Position numbers and translations under genes: made by a program. From IMG/VR virus record IMGVR_UViG_3300025280_004467, positions 6,875 to 70,874 of that record: a DNA stretch of 64,000 nucleotides; one strand, written 5' to 3'. Each line of letters opens with the position of its first letter. Within the stretch, counting starts at the first letter, position 1. The notes under the pieces were generated by a model. That model was given only the letters and a program-made list of their open reading frames with translations. It was not told the DNA's origin and made no database searches. Below are positions 48,909 through 58,764 of the stretch, piece by piece. This DNA comes from a virus.

Positions 48909-50188
48909 TGGAATTTTTTGATAGAAAAGAAGAGGTAATTGGAGTTGAATTAACTCAATTCGGCAAACACTTATTGTCAGTTGGCAAGTTCAAGCCAGCT
49001 CAATATGCTTTTTTTGATGATGATATTTTATATGATATCAAATATTCTTCAACTGGTTCTGCTTCTGATGGAGGTTTTGACTCAACGGAAAGATCGCATA
49101 TTTATGAAAAGCAAAACGTTTCAGAAACAAGAATTAAAGAAACTCCCAGAATAAAAACTCAATATAATTTTTCTGATCTTGAAAAAAGAACTGGAGCCGC
49201 TCAATCAGATTATCAAACTGATTGTGGCCCACGTGTTACTCCAATTGAGATGATTGAAGAATTATATGAAAAACTCTTCGAGTTTGGAACAGAATTTAAT
49301 TTTGTTGTCCTTAATCCAGACGAATTGCATACGATAAACTTACAAGATCTTGTTGAAAGCGGAACTGATACAGGCCTTGTTAATACCTTGACCACGCTGT
49401 TGGAGACAACACATGCGTTTAATAATTTTAATATATATTCTTCAGCTGCTTCAATTGCAAATTGTTTATATCAGAAAAGATTAAGTGATATAAAATATTA
49501 TCCTTATATATTTCCTTTAGGGAATTCTTCTTTAAGTAAAGATTATGCTCCAGCATGGTCAGTTAAATTTTTAAATGGAGATTTATTATCAGAAGATCCT
49601 TATGATAGCGTTGCGTTTTATAGTGGTTCAAATTTTCCACAGATGAAAATCCCCCAGTTAGAAACAAGAATTCAATATGATACATATGTAGCTAAAGTAG
49701 GTTCAGATGGATTGCTTGTAAACAATTATGCAGTTGACGATGTTGGATTTTTTGGAGAAATAAGGTCTGACAAATTTAAAGATGACACTATTATACAAGT
49801 TAAATCAGATTATCTTTTTTTGGAAGTTAATGAATTGAATACAGATTTCTTAAAAGATAATTTTGAAATTGAAGTTTTTGCAGTTGAGGAAAAGACCGAT
49901 GACGCCTTTCCCGACAAGATTAATCGTGAATTCAAACAATTGTATTTTTTTAACCCAGGGGGCGTTGATAACGAGCCAAAACCCTATCACGTGGAATATT
50001 ATTTTGATTTGCTTGTCGATGAAGAAATAGAATCCAAATTTTATTGTAAATCTAAAAATGTCGATAAAAAACAAAATATTCTTTCAGATCAAAAAATTCC
50101 ATTTAATTGTGATGATGCTCCAACGCCTCAGTTTGAAAATATTTATAAAATTGAAGTTAAGGCTGAAGATTTTGAGGAGCCCTGTTAA
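48908..50188 (+). CDS. Structural protein with the N-terminal half of a tail-fibre anchor-like domain
   Basis: VELTQFGKHLLSVGKFKPAQYAFFDDDILYD, paralogous to the N-terminus of 56573-57586. Confidence 0.55.
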   Translation: MEFFDRKEEVIGVELTQFGKHLLSVGKFKPAQYAFFDDDILYDIKYSSTGSASDGGFDSTERSHIYEKQNVSETRIKETPRIKTQYNFSDLEKRTGAAQSDYQTDCGPRVTPIEMIEELYEKLFEFGTEFNFVVLNPDELHTINLQDLVESGTDTGLVNTLTTLLETTHAFNNFNIYSSAASIANCLYQKRLSDIKYYPYIFPLGNSSLSKDYAPAWSVKFLNGDLLSEDPYDSVAFYSGSNFPQMKIPQLETRIQYDTYVAKVGSDGLLVNNYAVDDVGFFGEIRSDKFKDDTIIQVKSDYLFLEVNELNTDFLKDNFEIEVFAVEEKTDDAFPDKINREFKQLYFFNPGGVDNEPKPYHVEYYFDLLVDEEIESKFYCKSKNVDKKQNILSDQKIPFNCDDAPTPQFENIYKIEVKAEDFEEPC

Positions 50189-53145
50189 TGAGATTAGACC
50201 CACAAAGTATTTTGCGAACACGACTTCCAGGCGTGTATTTAGACAATATAACTTTGGATTTGACTGGTAATTCTGATCAGTATTTAATGAATATAAATTT
50301 TAGAACTGAACTTGTTGTTTCTTCACTTAAAAATTTATCATATTATTTTAATGGAGATTTCAACAATCAATATAAAATAGCTGTTCTTTATTCAAATAGA
50401 AATTTAAGTACTTTAGATCTTGGTTCAATTGGTAACCACCAGACATATTATTCTAGATTGTTGAATATGGTTAGGGAAGAGAGAGATGTCTTTTTAGTTA
50501 GTGTTGATGGGTTGAAAAATATTATTGGTTTGCCGACACCGCAAACAAATAGTAACTTCCATGAAAAATATCGTGCAAACGGCCATCGTGGACACTCTGT
50601 TCAGGGATACTCACGCGTGCCTGATACCAAGTACACAATATTTACGTTACCATTTCAAGTTAAAACTTTAACTGTCCCTGTTTCAAATAATTTATCTTTA
50701 TTTATAATCCCTTATTTATCGAATTCTACTAATGTTGCTAATTCTGGCGTTGGTAATAGCATATTAGAAAAGCCTTATTACATTGGAAGTGTCATAGCAG
50801 AGAACATTATTAGAAATGGAGTCACAAATTTAAGAAGAAGCGTCTCTGTAAATAAACGTGGGTCTGAAATTTCAAATGAGATAATTGACTATACGGAAGC
50901 AATTACGAGGCAATCCGCATCCCCGCGAAAACAGGTTATTAATAATTCTAAATTACAAGATGTTACTGTGTTGAATGATATAATATCAAAAATCACTCCG
51001 GATAAAGATACGCTTGAAAATAAAATAACAACAAATAAAAATTATTTTTCTCCTCTTACTTTGTCTAGAGATAAAAGAGAAAATGTTAGAGGTTTTTTTG
51101 GATTAGATTTGCTATCAATCATGAGAAATAATTTTCCCCATTCTAAGATTTTTTATAATTCTTCGATAGGCCTCGTCAAAAGATTTTTAGATTTGACACA
51201 TGTCCGTTGTAGCCTCACTGAAGAACCCTCTATCTCTTCGGCATGGTCCCGCGGCAGAAAAAGAAGAACAAGAATAAGAAAAATTCAGCGCTTACGCATT
51301 AAATCATCAATATCGGAGAGACTTGATGATCCTTTTGTGCTACATTATTCATTTGTGACGCCCCCAACCAACCATTCTAAAAATATATATAATTCATATC
51401 GATATTCTGCCAGGTTTGAAGTAAATTTTTCTAATATTTACGGGTCTATAGATAAAGATATTACGTCTCTAAGACATGTTCAAAATAAGATTCTTTCAAA
51501 AAACAACTCTTTATCAGACTCTATTTATGACAATATTTATAGTTTAAGTGTTCTTCCTGCTAGCTGGCACAGTAGGATTGTTAAAGAAATTGTGAAATAT
51601 TGCAAAATTTATTCTTTAAAAGAAATTAGTCTCGAAGAAGAAAAGAACTATAGTATAAGGCTAAAAAATCTTTTATTATCAAAGTTTGGTAGACAAAAAA
51701 TTGCTACTTTTCTTACTCAGTTTATTAAGATGTTAGATGATATTATTTCTTCAATTGAAGGCGGGGCTACAAAAAAGGATCCTTTATCTGGGGGATACCA
51801 CCCCAGCAGCACCCATAGGACATCTGGCCGTCGAATAGTTATTAGACATCGTTTTAACGAGACATATGATATGAAATTAAATCCTAGAAACTATGGTGCA
51901 GATTATATGGATGATCTTTTTTCAGGTAAGTTCGCAAGTAATTCTGGTCCAGTTATATACGATAGTAATGATCTACATAAGAGAGTGAGCCTTGAAGAAT
52001 CAAAATATTTATTAAATTTCATTGATTTTGCTAGTGATGTTTCAAACATCACAACTCATAAATTTGATCGAGCTTTAGATTTAAGTTTGCAAAAATTATC
52101 ATTTTTATCTCCATACTCAATTAAAACAGGAGGGATTGGCATTTCTCGAGAATTGATGCATTCCGACAAATTGACTCATTTAACTGCTGATGATTTGATA
52201 AAATATAATTATTATTTATTAAAATATATTATAAGTTCTCACGTGAAGGATAATCAAGTTTCACTGTTGTTTGCATATGCCCGAAGCATCGGGGAGACAC
52301 GCGGGGACCTTTTAAAGAATCAAGATTTCTTAATAGAAAACTTATCAACTTATTTTAGAGAAATAAAAAATTTTGAAATATTAGAGTCTTTTAAAGCCAC
52401 TCTTGCCGACAAGAGCGAAACAGAAAAGACCAAAGCACCTCATGACACTGATGATACCAGTTCTTCTAAAATTCCTAAAACATCGGAGGAATCTGATTTG
52501 TTCGAAGAAAAAATTAATCCAAGCGAACTTTTAATTACTGTATTGTCAGGAGAAATTTTTAATGATAAATTTCCTTTTGATCCTATTGAAAAATATCATA
52601 TTCCATCCCTACTAAAAGATGCGAGTTATGAACAAGTTTCGTCTCTTCCAAATCAAATTAAAGTATTAATTAAATATTATGATTATATTGCATCCGAATT
52701 CGGTGTCACATTCCACGTGGAAAATAAGATAGACTCATTAATGCGGAAGCTTATAGTTGAAAAACTTTCCGATCCTAGTATAATGAATTTAGTAGGCTAT
52801 ATTTATGTTAATTTCTTTAACTTAAAGGAAATTCAAACATTTGAAGGTTATGAAATAGCTAACAATGACAATGTGCTGATGAATAAACCAATATATAAAA
52901 AATTAGAATCTTTTGATAGAATTTCTCAAGGAAGTCTTATATTGTGTAGGCTTGTAGATTATAAAAATCTTAAATTTAATATCCCAGAAACAGGAAATTA
53001 TCCCACTTATAATGAGTCCTTTTTTATTAAACCCACCACCCGCCCCGGAAGAGGCACGCTACGGGGCACTGCTGGAAGAGACACACTACGTGGTACTGCT
53101 GGAAGAGACACACTGCAGGGCCCTCAAGGTGGAAGTTCATATTGA
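50188..53145 (+). CDS. Hypothetical protein (985 aa), probably structural, with C-terminal nonapeptide repeats
   Basis: Coupled TAATG overlap; LPGVYLDNITL N-terminus; C-terminal GRGTLRGTA-GRDTLRGTA-GRDTLQG. Confidence 0.65.
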   Translation: MRLDPQSILRTRLPGVYLDNITLDLTGNSDQYLMNINFRTELVVSSLKNLSYYFNGDFNNQYKIAVLYSNRNLSTLDLGSIGNHQTYYSRLLNMVREERDVFLVSVDGLKNIIGLPTPQTNSNFHEKYRANGHRGHSVQGYSRVPDTKYTIFTLPFQVKTLTVPVSNNLSLFIIPYLSNSTNVANSGVGNSILEKPYYIGSVIAENIIRNGVTNLRRSVSVNKRGSEISNEIIDYTEAITRQSASPRKQVINNSKLQDVTVLNDIISKITPDKDTLENKITTNKNYFSPLTLSRDKRENVRGFFGLDLLSIMRNNFPHSKIFYNSSIGLVKRFLDLTHVRCSLTEEPSISSAWSRGRKRRTRIRKIQRLRIKSSISERLDDPFVLHYSFVTPPTNHSKNIYNSYRYSARFEVNFSNIYGSIDKDITSLRHVQNKILSKNNSLSDSIYDNIYSLSVLPASWHSRIVKEIVKYCKIYSLKEISLEEEKNYSIRLKNLLLSKFGRQKIATFLTQFIKMLDDIISSIEGGATKKDPLSGGYHPSSTHRTSGRRIVIRHRFNETYDMKLNPRNYGADYMDDLFSGKFASNSGPVIYDSNDLHKRVSLEESKYLLNFIDFASDVSNITTHKFDRALDLSLQKLSFLSPYSIKTGGIGISRELMHSDKLTHLTADDLIKYNYYLLKYIISSHVKDNQVSLLFAYARSIGETRGDLLKNQDFLIENLSTYFREIKNFEILESFKATLADKSETEKTKAPHDTDDTSSSKIPKTSEESDLFEEKINPSELLITVLSGEIFNDKFPFDPIEKYHIPSLLKDASYEQVSSLPNQIKVLIKYYDYIASEFGVTFHVENKIDSLMRKLIVEKLSDPSIMNLVGYIYVNFFNLKEIQTFEGYEIANNDNVLMNKPIYKKLESFDRISQGSLILCRLVDYKNLKFNIPETGNYPTYNESFFIKPTTRPGRGTLRGTAGRDTLRGTAGRDTLQGPQGGSSY
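53047..53121 (+). repeat. 27-nt tandem repeat, about 2.8 copies
   Basis: ggaagaggcacgctacggggcactgct / ggaagagacacactacgtggtactgct / ggaagagacacactgcagggc. Confidence 0.9.
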
Positions 53146-53146
53146 A

Positions 53147-53154
53147 ACTATTTA
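53147..53154 (+). promoter_or_regulatory. ACTATTTA, putative late promoter motif
   Basis: 22 nt before ATG 53177, followed by AGAAGG. Confidence 0.5.
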
Positions 53155-53176
53155 ATTTTAGAAGGTTATAAAAAAA

Positions 53177-56100
53177 ATGGCAGCAGGTTCCGGAGATCCA
53201 ACAGAGACAGCACCAGTCCCACCGATGGCAGAGATTCAATCTGTTTTAACAAATCCAGTTTCTTTGTTTATGGGTCACAATAATGCGCCTTATTGGCCAC
53301 TATATGTTCACTATAATGATATACAAAATGAGGATCTCATTGGGAATGGAGCACAAGTGAATCATGCTAAAAGTTTTGTCGGCAACAAGGTTGATAAACT
53401 GATGGATTACGGCTATGATGTGTCGAATGATCACATAAGAACAAATTTGGGATGCTTATGGTATACCATCTCCGATGGAAGCGTTAAACTCCAACATCTT
53501 GCCTGGCCCATCCCGGGTCAATCGAGCGCCGCGCCTTTCTCAATTGAAGCTGGTAATGGAATTTTCCTTAACACTCCTTTTATTATATATGATACTTCAC
53601 CCACCAACGCCACGGAAATCAAGGACAACCAGTCTTTGACGTCTACAAGTTATTTACATATGACGATCGATCCCACGTCGCTCAACGAGCACCCCCAATA
53701 TGAGATCGCCGCAAAAGGCGCTGGTTCGGTTCAGGGCATGACCACCGCCACCGAGAAGTTTAGGGTATATGTGAACATAGACGTTCCAACCAGCGAAGCC
53801 ACAATTAAATATAATGATTATAAAAAAGAAAGATTTTTTAATTTTATATATAATATATGGGCCGCGCAGATCGTAACCATGAGTGACGATGGGCGCACCG
53901 TAACGCGCACTAATCCGATATTTTATGACTATGTTACAGAAATTGGGGCTTTAAAACAAAACTCCACCGGCGCCGGCGGCACCCCATGGGCCTCAATAAC
54001 AAGCGAAATATTAACTAATGAAGAGCTGCCAAAGCAAGATCTTGATCAAGCCGTACAAATGCTCGACTATACAACAAATTCGGATGTATTACTTCCTAAT
54101 TTTAATTGTTATGATTTGCATTTATTTGTTGATGAGATGGTTAAGAATCTGCCTCAAGAGGATGATCAATATTCAGAGCTTGCGAATTACTTAGGTTATT
54201 TAAAACAGCTTATAACTTTCAACAGTGTGAGCGCGGTAACAAGTTTGGGGCAGACACCGGAGCATATTCAGGAATACGTCGAACAGTATATGACTGCTCT
54301 CGAGACATCTCCCCAATTGGCTTTCGAAGACGCCTACGCCGGCCTTTATGCTCATATGACAAAACTTTCCAATATTGTAATCATGCAAAGTGTACTTGAG
54401 CAAATGCAGACCTCCAAAAATAGTTTTTATTTCCCTGCTGGCTTAACGTGCGAAATGCTTACACCTATTTATAACGAAAAAAGTTTACTTAAATCATTGG
54501 ATCGCTGGAATTTAGATTATGTTGTATTAAAAGCAATTGCAGAGAGAGTAGGCGAGAAGGTTCCATTTGGCCAATACGATCCAGTTGAAATACCTTCCGG
54601 GGTCGTCGACGGCAGCGAGGTTTCTTTGTTTAGTGGTGATGATGAAATATTAGCTTGCCCGGGCCTAAGCTACTCGTCATATGACACCGGCAATCCTCAT
54701 GTTTATACAAATAGGAATTCTTTTAATTTTTATGATTTTTCTTCCTATTCCGATTCTAGTGATAATTCTTTTTGCTCTTTATATGAGATGCAGGTAAAGT
54801 GGCCCACCACATTCGTTGCCTCCGGATTTGGCATGACCTGGGAAGATATATATTCTTATAAAACGAATCATATGTTTTTAGACGTTCCCGGGTCTGAAGA
54901 TCCTCTTCAGTTCTTTGTTAAAAGAGGCCCGGCAGAAGATTTTTCTGCTGCCATATCAAACGTTAATGGATTTTTTAGCGAGACTTCTGATGACGATAAT
55001 TTAAAAAGTGTACTTGATTTTATTGATAATGGCGGAAAAACGAGAACTTTTACAGATATATTAGATGGCAAGAAAGCAAATTCCGAAATAGTTTATTGGA
55101 GAATTCAAAAGAAAGATTCAGAAAACAATTTAATCCAAAATATTTTTATTCCAAACCATCCAGAATTTAATCCAAAATATTTTATAGATAGTCAAATTAT
55201 TAACAATGAGGAATATAAATATGTAATTTATGCATGGTGCGCTATATATGGAACTAAATATAACTATACATTCCATGGCCACTCAATAAATCTCGAGCAA
55301 ACGATTACCTCGACCGCTGGGCTAGCCCATATCATCGGGGAGAAGAAAGGGAAAGATGGGTTTGATCATTATATAAATCAATTCGGGGATGACGTTTTTG
55401 GTGGGGAAGAGTATGAGACATCCACTGGCGCGCGCGGCATGAGATATAGTTTCGATTTTTCCGCGCACTCCAAACCGTGTGTTAAAATGGTTGAAATTCC
55501 ATATTCTTCTTTAGGGGGCCTGTCTCCCGGCTCTGCTACTAAAAATGTAGAAGCTTCTTCTATTCCTTCTCCCCCGAATGTTGAAGTTGTTCCGTATGAA
55601 AATACGGATACCGCACTTTTGTTTTTATTAAATGCTTCTGCAGGGACCGTACATACTGATTTTATAATTGGAATTAATCCCGAGGACAATGATTTATTAT
55701 ATGACATATGGCAAATAATCATAAATAATTCAAGTTTAATGGATAACGATGGAACGATTTTATTTAACACTAAAGACGTTAAAAGATATGAAATATATAG
55801 AATAGAAGAAAAACCAAAATCATATTCTGATTTTACTAGTGGCAAATTGATTGGACCCGATGGTATACCGGGCATCAAGCCTACAAACATTAGTTATAAA
55901 AATGAGTTTGGAGAAAAAATTATTGAGCGGAGTACTTCTGTGTCTTTTAAAGATACGTCAATTCTTCCTAATAAAAAATATTATTATACTTTTAGAGTGA
56001 TTGACGACTTTGGACATTTTTCAAATCCAACTGCTGTTTACGAAGTTGAGATTGTTAATGATGGCGGAACAATATACCCAATAATAAACATTGTTGATTT

Positions 56101-56449
56101 TGATTTTGAAAATAATTTACAAGCAACAAAAACTATGAGAAAATATTTACGTATTCTCCCAACACTACAACAATCATTACTTGATTTGGACACAACTCCG
56201 CCTGATTATGAGACACAAACAGCCGGCACGTATTTATTAGGTGTTGGCCAAAAAACCAAGATAGGGCTACCAGAACTACAATATAAAATTTTTGAAGATA
56301 AAAACAATGAAGTAGTTGATGGCAAGAAGAAATATTTTAAAGTTAAATTAACTTCTAAAAAAACAGGGAAACAAGTTGATATAAATCTTAAATTTAAAAT
56401 AAATCATAACGAAACTGCGGAAGAAGATGATTCCATTGTTCTAATATAA
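53177..56449 (+). CDS. Virion structural protein with Fn3-like beta-sandwich segments
   Basis: YFIDSQI....YKYVIYA; YEIYRI...FKDTSILPNKKYYYTFRVID..G.FSNPT. Confidence 0.6.
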   Translation: MAAGSGDPTETAPVPPMAEIQSVLTNPVSLFMGHNNAPYWPLYVHYNDIQNEDLIGNGAQVNHAKSFVGNKVDKLMDYGYDVSNDHIRTNLGCLWYTISDGSVKLQHLAWPIPGQSSAAPFSIEAGNGIFLNTPFIIYDTSPTNATEIKDNQSLTSTSYLHMTIDPTSLNEHPQYEIAAKGAGSVQGMTTATEKFRVYVNIDVPTSEATIKYNDYKKERFFNFIYNIWAAQIVTMSDDGRTVTRTNPIFYDYVTEIGALKQNSTGAGGTPWASITSEILTNEELPKQDLDQAVQMLDYTTNSDVLLPNFNCYDLHLFVDEMVKNLPQEDDQYSELANYLGYLKQLITFNSVSAVTSLGQTPEHIQEYVEQYMTALETSPQLAFEDAYAGLYAHMTKLSNIVIMQSVLEQMQTSKNSFYFPAGLTCEMLTPIYNEKSLLKSLDRWNLDYVVLKAIAERVGEKVPFGQYDPVEIPSGVVDGSEVSLFSGDDEILACPGLSYSSYDTGNPHVYTNRNSFNFYDFSSYSDSSDNSFCSLYEMQVKWPTTFVASGFGMTWEDIYSYKTNHMFLDVPGSEDPLQFFVKRGPAEDFSAAISNVNGFFSETSDDDNLKSVLDFIDNGGKTRTFTDILDGKKANSEIVYWRIQKKDSENNLIQNIFIPNHPEFNPKYFIDSQIINNEEYKYVIYAWCAIYGTKYNYTFHGHSINLEQTITSTAGLAHIIGEKKGKDGFDHYINQFGDDVFGGEEYETSTGARGMRYSFDFSAHSKPCVKMVEIPYSSLGGLSPGSATKNVEASSIPSPPNVEVVPYENTDTALLFLLNASAGTVHTDFIIGINPEDNDLLYDIWQIIINNSSLMDNDGTILFNTKDVKRYEIYRIEEKPKSYSDFTSGKLIGPDGIPGIKPTNISYKNEFGEKIIERSTSVSFKDTSILPNKKYYYTFRVIDDFGHFSNPTAVYEVEIVNDGGTIYPIINIVDFDFENNLQATKTMRKYLRILPTLQQSLLDLDTTPPDYETQTAGTYLLGVGQKTKIGLPELQYKIFEDKNNEVVDGKKKYFKVKLTSKKTGKQVDINLKFKINHNETAEEDDSIVLI

Positions 56450-56547
56450 ATATTGTTTAAAAGACTCTAAAAAACAGTGATTTGTAAAACAATAATTTAA
56501 TCATTTTTATTGGATTTAATTAAAAAAAAGACTATTTATAATAAAAT

Positions 56548-56555
56548 ACTACTTA
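56548..56555 (+). promoter_or_regulatory. ACTACTTA, putative late promoter motif
   Basis: 17 nt before ATG 56573, followed by AGAGG. Confidence 0.45.
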
Positions 56556-56572
56556 CATAGAGGAAAATAAAC

Positions 56573-57586
56573 ATGGCATTTTTAGATAACTCTGGCGATA
56601 TAATTCTTGATGCGGTTTTAACAGACTTAGGAAGAATGAGGCTTGCAAAGGGTGATGGATCTTTTAAAATTACTCAATTCGCTGTAGGTGATGACGAAGT
56701 TGATTACAACCTTTATGACTTGACGCTCGATTCTGCAAACCGGGACCTTAATATTCTTAAAACCCCAGTTTTAGAAGCGTTTACAAATAATACCGCAGTT
56801 CTGAAATCGAAACTCATATCAATTTCTAGAAGCGATCTTCTTTATCTTCCAATGATAAAGTTAAATCAAAGTATGGATAATAATCGTCTACATTCAACCA
56901 GCAATGCATTAAATATGTTCGTTGTTGCAGCTGACGCCGACACAGCGCAGGGAACATTTGCTAGCTCGGGATTAGCCAAAGATGCTGGAATTGTTCCAAA
57001 CAATGGTAAACAAATTGATGGATTTATTAACGGCGTAGATATAGAAGGTACAGTTCAAGGAGCAGCATATATTAAAGCAGATCAGGGAATTGATAATACA
57101 GATGTCAAACCAACACAAACTATAGATCCCGACTTGTTTGAAACTCAGTATATGATTGAAATTGATGGCAGGTTAGGTTCTATTGTTAATAGCGATGGGG
57201 TAATTTCTGCTTCGCCCAATTTTATTCGTTTAGGTGAAAGTTTTCGTGGAGATGATGATTTTATGGTTACTTATTATCTGACTCTTGAGACAGATTCAGC
57301 TTTTGTTACAGATATTAGAAATCAAACAGGAGAAGCAAAAATTGAAGATGAAATCAGAGGTCCTCGCGGAACTCGTCTTGAATTCAAAATTAGAACATCG
57401 TTGGAAATTCAACAAAGTAGAACATTGTTTACAAAACTTGGAAAAACAGGGCAGACTTGGACAAACCCTGCAGGGTCAACTACAAGTTCGCCAAGTGTAG
57501 ATTATATTGATACTACAATCAGAGTCGTAGGAGTTACGACTGGTTATAAGTTAGATATTCCAATTAGAATTGTTAAAAAGGTATAA
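56573..57586 (+). CDS. Structural protein with the N-terminal half of a P2 gpH/DUF3751-like fibre anchor domain
   Basis: AVLTDLGRMRLAKG...ITQFAVGDD. Confidence 0.6.
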   Translation: MAFLDNSGDIILDAVLTDLGRMRLAKGDGSFKITQFAVGDDEVDYNLYDLTLDSANRDLNILKTPVLEAFTNNTAVLKSKLISISRSDLLYLPMIKLNQSMDNNRLHSTSNALNMFVVAADADTAQGTFASSGLAKDAGIVPNNGKQIDGFINGVDIEGTVQGAAYIKADQGIDNTDVKPTQTIDPDLFETQYMIEIDGRLGSIVNSDGVISASPNFIRLGESFRGDDDFMVTYYLTLETDSAFVTDIRNQTGEAKIEDEIRGPRGTRLEFKIRTSLEIQQSRTLFTKLGKTGQTWTNPAGSTTSSPSVDYIDTTIRVVGVTTGYKLDIPIRIVKKV

Positions 57587-57589
57587 AAT

Positions 57590-58738
57590 ATGGCAACCTC
57601 GTTTAAATCAATATCAAATACCGATATTACAACAACTAGAACTTTATTACATGAGACCGTGCCGGTTACAGGAACAATCGTTTCAGGGACTTACGGCATC
57701 GACGGCACAGCAACTGAATTCCCTGCCGAAGGCAATATTAAAAATTATTCGCACGGAATGTTCCAATCTGTTTTTGATTATCCGTATTTAAGTTCTTCTG
57801 CTAATCATATTTTTGATATTACTGTAGGATATGCCACTTCATCAATTTGGGTTTCCGGCGAAGCAGTTGTTGATGGAACCAACGCTCAAAACACTGAAAA
57901 GCTTAATATATATAATCAAATGGCTCAAATTCTGGTAGGGCATGATCACACTGGTTCAATTAAGGAATTTAAAATTCCTGGCGGTGACGAAATTCGCGAA
58001 GCATATTTTATCAACTTTTCTAGACTTTTGATTAAAGACGAAATCAAAAAAGGTTCTTTAACTATGTCTTTTGGAACAGGCTCAACATACACCACAGCGC
58101 ATAATTATAATGGAAGCTCTAGAACTTTTTATGATTACGGCGACACGACTTATTATACAGATTCTCCGGCGGGAGATTATGCAATATTAACAATGTCGGC
58201 GGAACCTCCGGATCCTGAAGAAGGAGGAAAACCAGTTGGTCTTGTTTATTATCAAGCAGGCATTGTTGTTCTTTCAGCTTCAATGTTTTATGTACCTGAT
58301 TCTTCTCAAGTTCAAGGAAACGCTGATCATGATAATGACAACTATATTAATATGACTGGTTCTGGCAATGGACTTACAAAAGATGACGACAATTTATCAT
58401 TCAGGCATATGTTAGTATCCTCTTCGATTAGTGGTACGGCAAATGCTCTTCGTCATCGACTCGACAATATTGAGTTTCAAAATACAACAGAACTAAATTC
58501 TACAATTCATTTCTGCAGAATGAATCACAATGAATTTAATTATAGTTCAAATCCAACATATTTAACAGCTAGCAAAATTCAAGTTAAAAATACTAATTCT
58601 GACTTGCCGGTATCGTATGTAACGTCTATTGGTCTTTATGGTTCAGATAATGCATTGTTGGCAGTTGCTAAATTATCCGAACCGTTGAAAAAAGATCCAA
58701 CAAACGAGATCACTTTGAGAGTAAGACTTGATTATTAA
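57590..58738 (+). CDS. Structural protein with the C-terminal half of a gpH/DUF3751-like domain
   Basis: YVTSIGLYGSDNALLAVAKLSEPLKK...LRVRLDY. Confidence 0.6.
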   Translation: MATSFKSISNTDITTTRTLLHETVPVTGTIVSGTYGIDGTATEFPAEGNIKNYSHGMFQSVFDYPYLSSSANHIFDITVGYATSSIWVSGEAVVDGTNAQNTEKLNIYNQMAQILVGHDHTGSIKEFKIPGGDEIREAYFINFSRLLIKDEIKKGSLTMSFGTGSTYTTAHNYNGSSRTFYDYGDTTYYTDSPAGDYAILTMSAEPPDPEEGGKPVGLVYYQAGIVVLSASMFYVPDSSQVQGNADHDNDNYINMTGSGNGLTKDDDNLSFRHMLVSSSISGTANALRHRLDNIEFQNTTELNSTIHFCRMNHNEFNYSSNPTYLTASKIQVKNTNSDLPVSYVTSIGLYGSDNALLAVAKLSEPLKKDPTNEITLRVRLDY

Positions 58739-58749
58739 TCATTGGCACA

Positions 58750-58757
58750 ACTATTTA
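58750..58757 (+). promoter_or_regulatory. ACTATTTA, putative late promoter motif
   Basis: In a short intergenic gap, 7 nt before ATG 58765 (no clear SD; possibly leaderless). Confidence 0.45.
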
Positions 58758-58764
58758 AATTGAG

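Noticed and set aside
56451-56494. Inverted repeat TATTGTTT...AAACAATA as an intrinsic terminator
   Set aside because: AT-only 8-bp stem with a long loop; too weak to call
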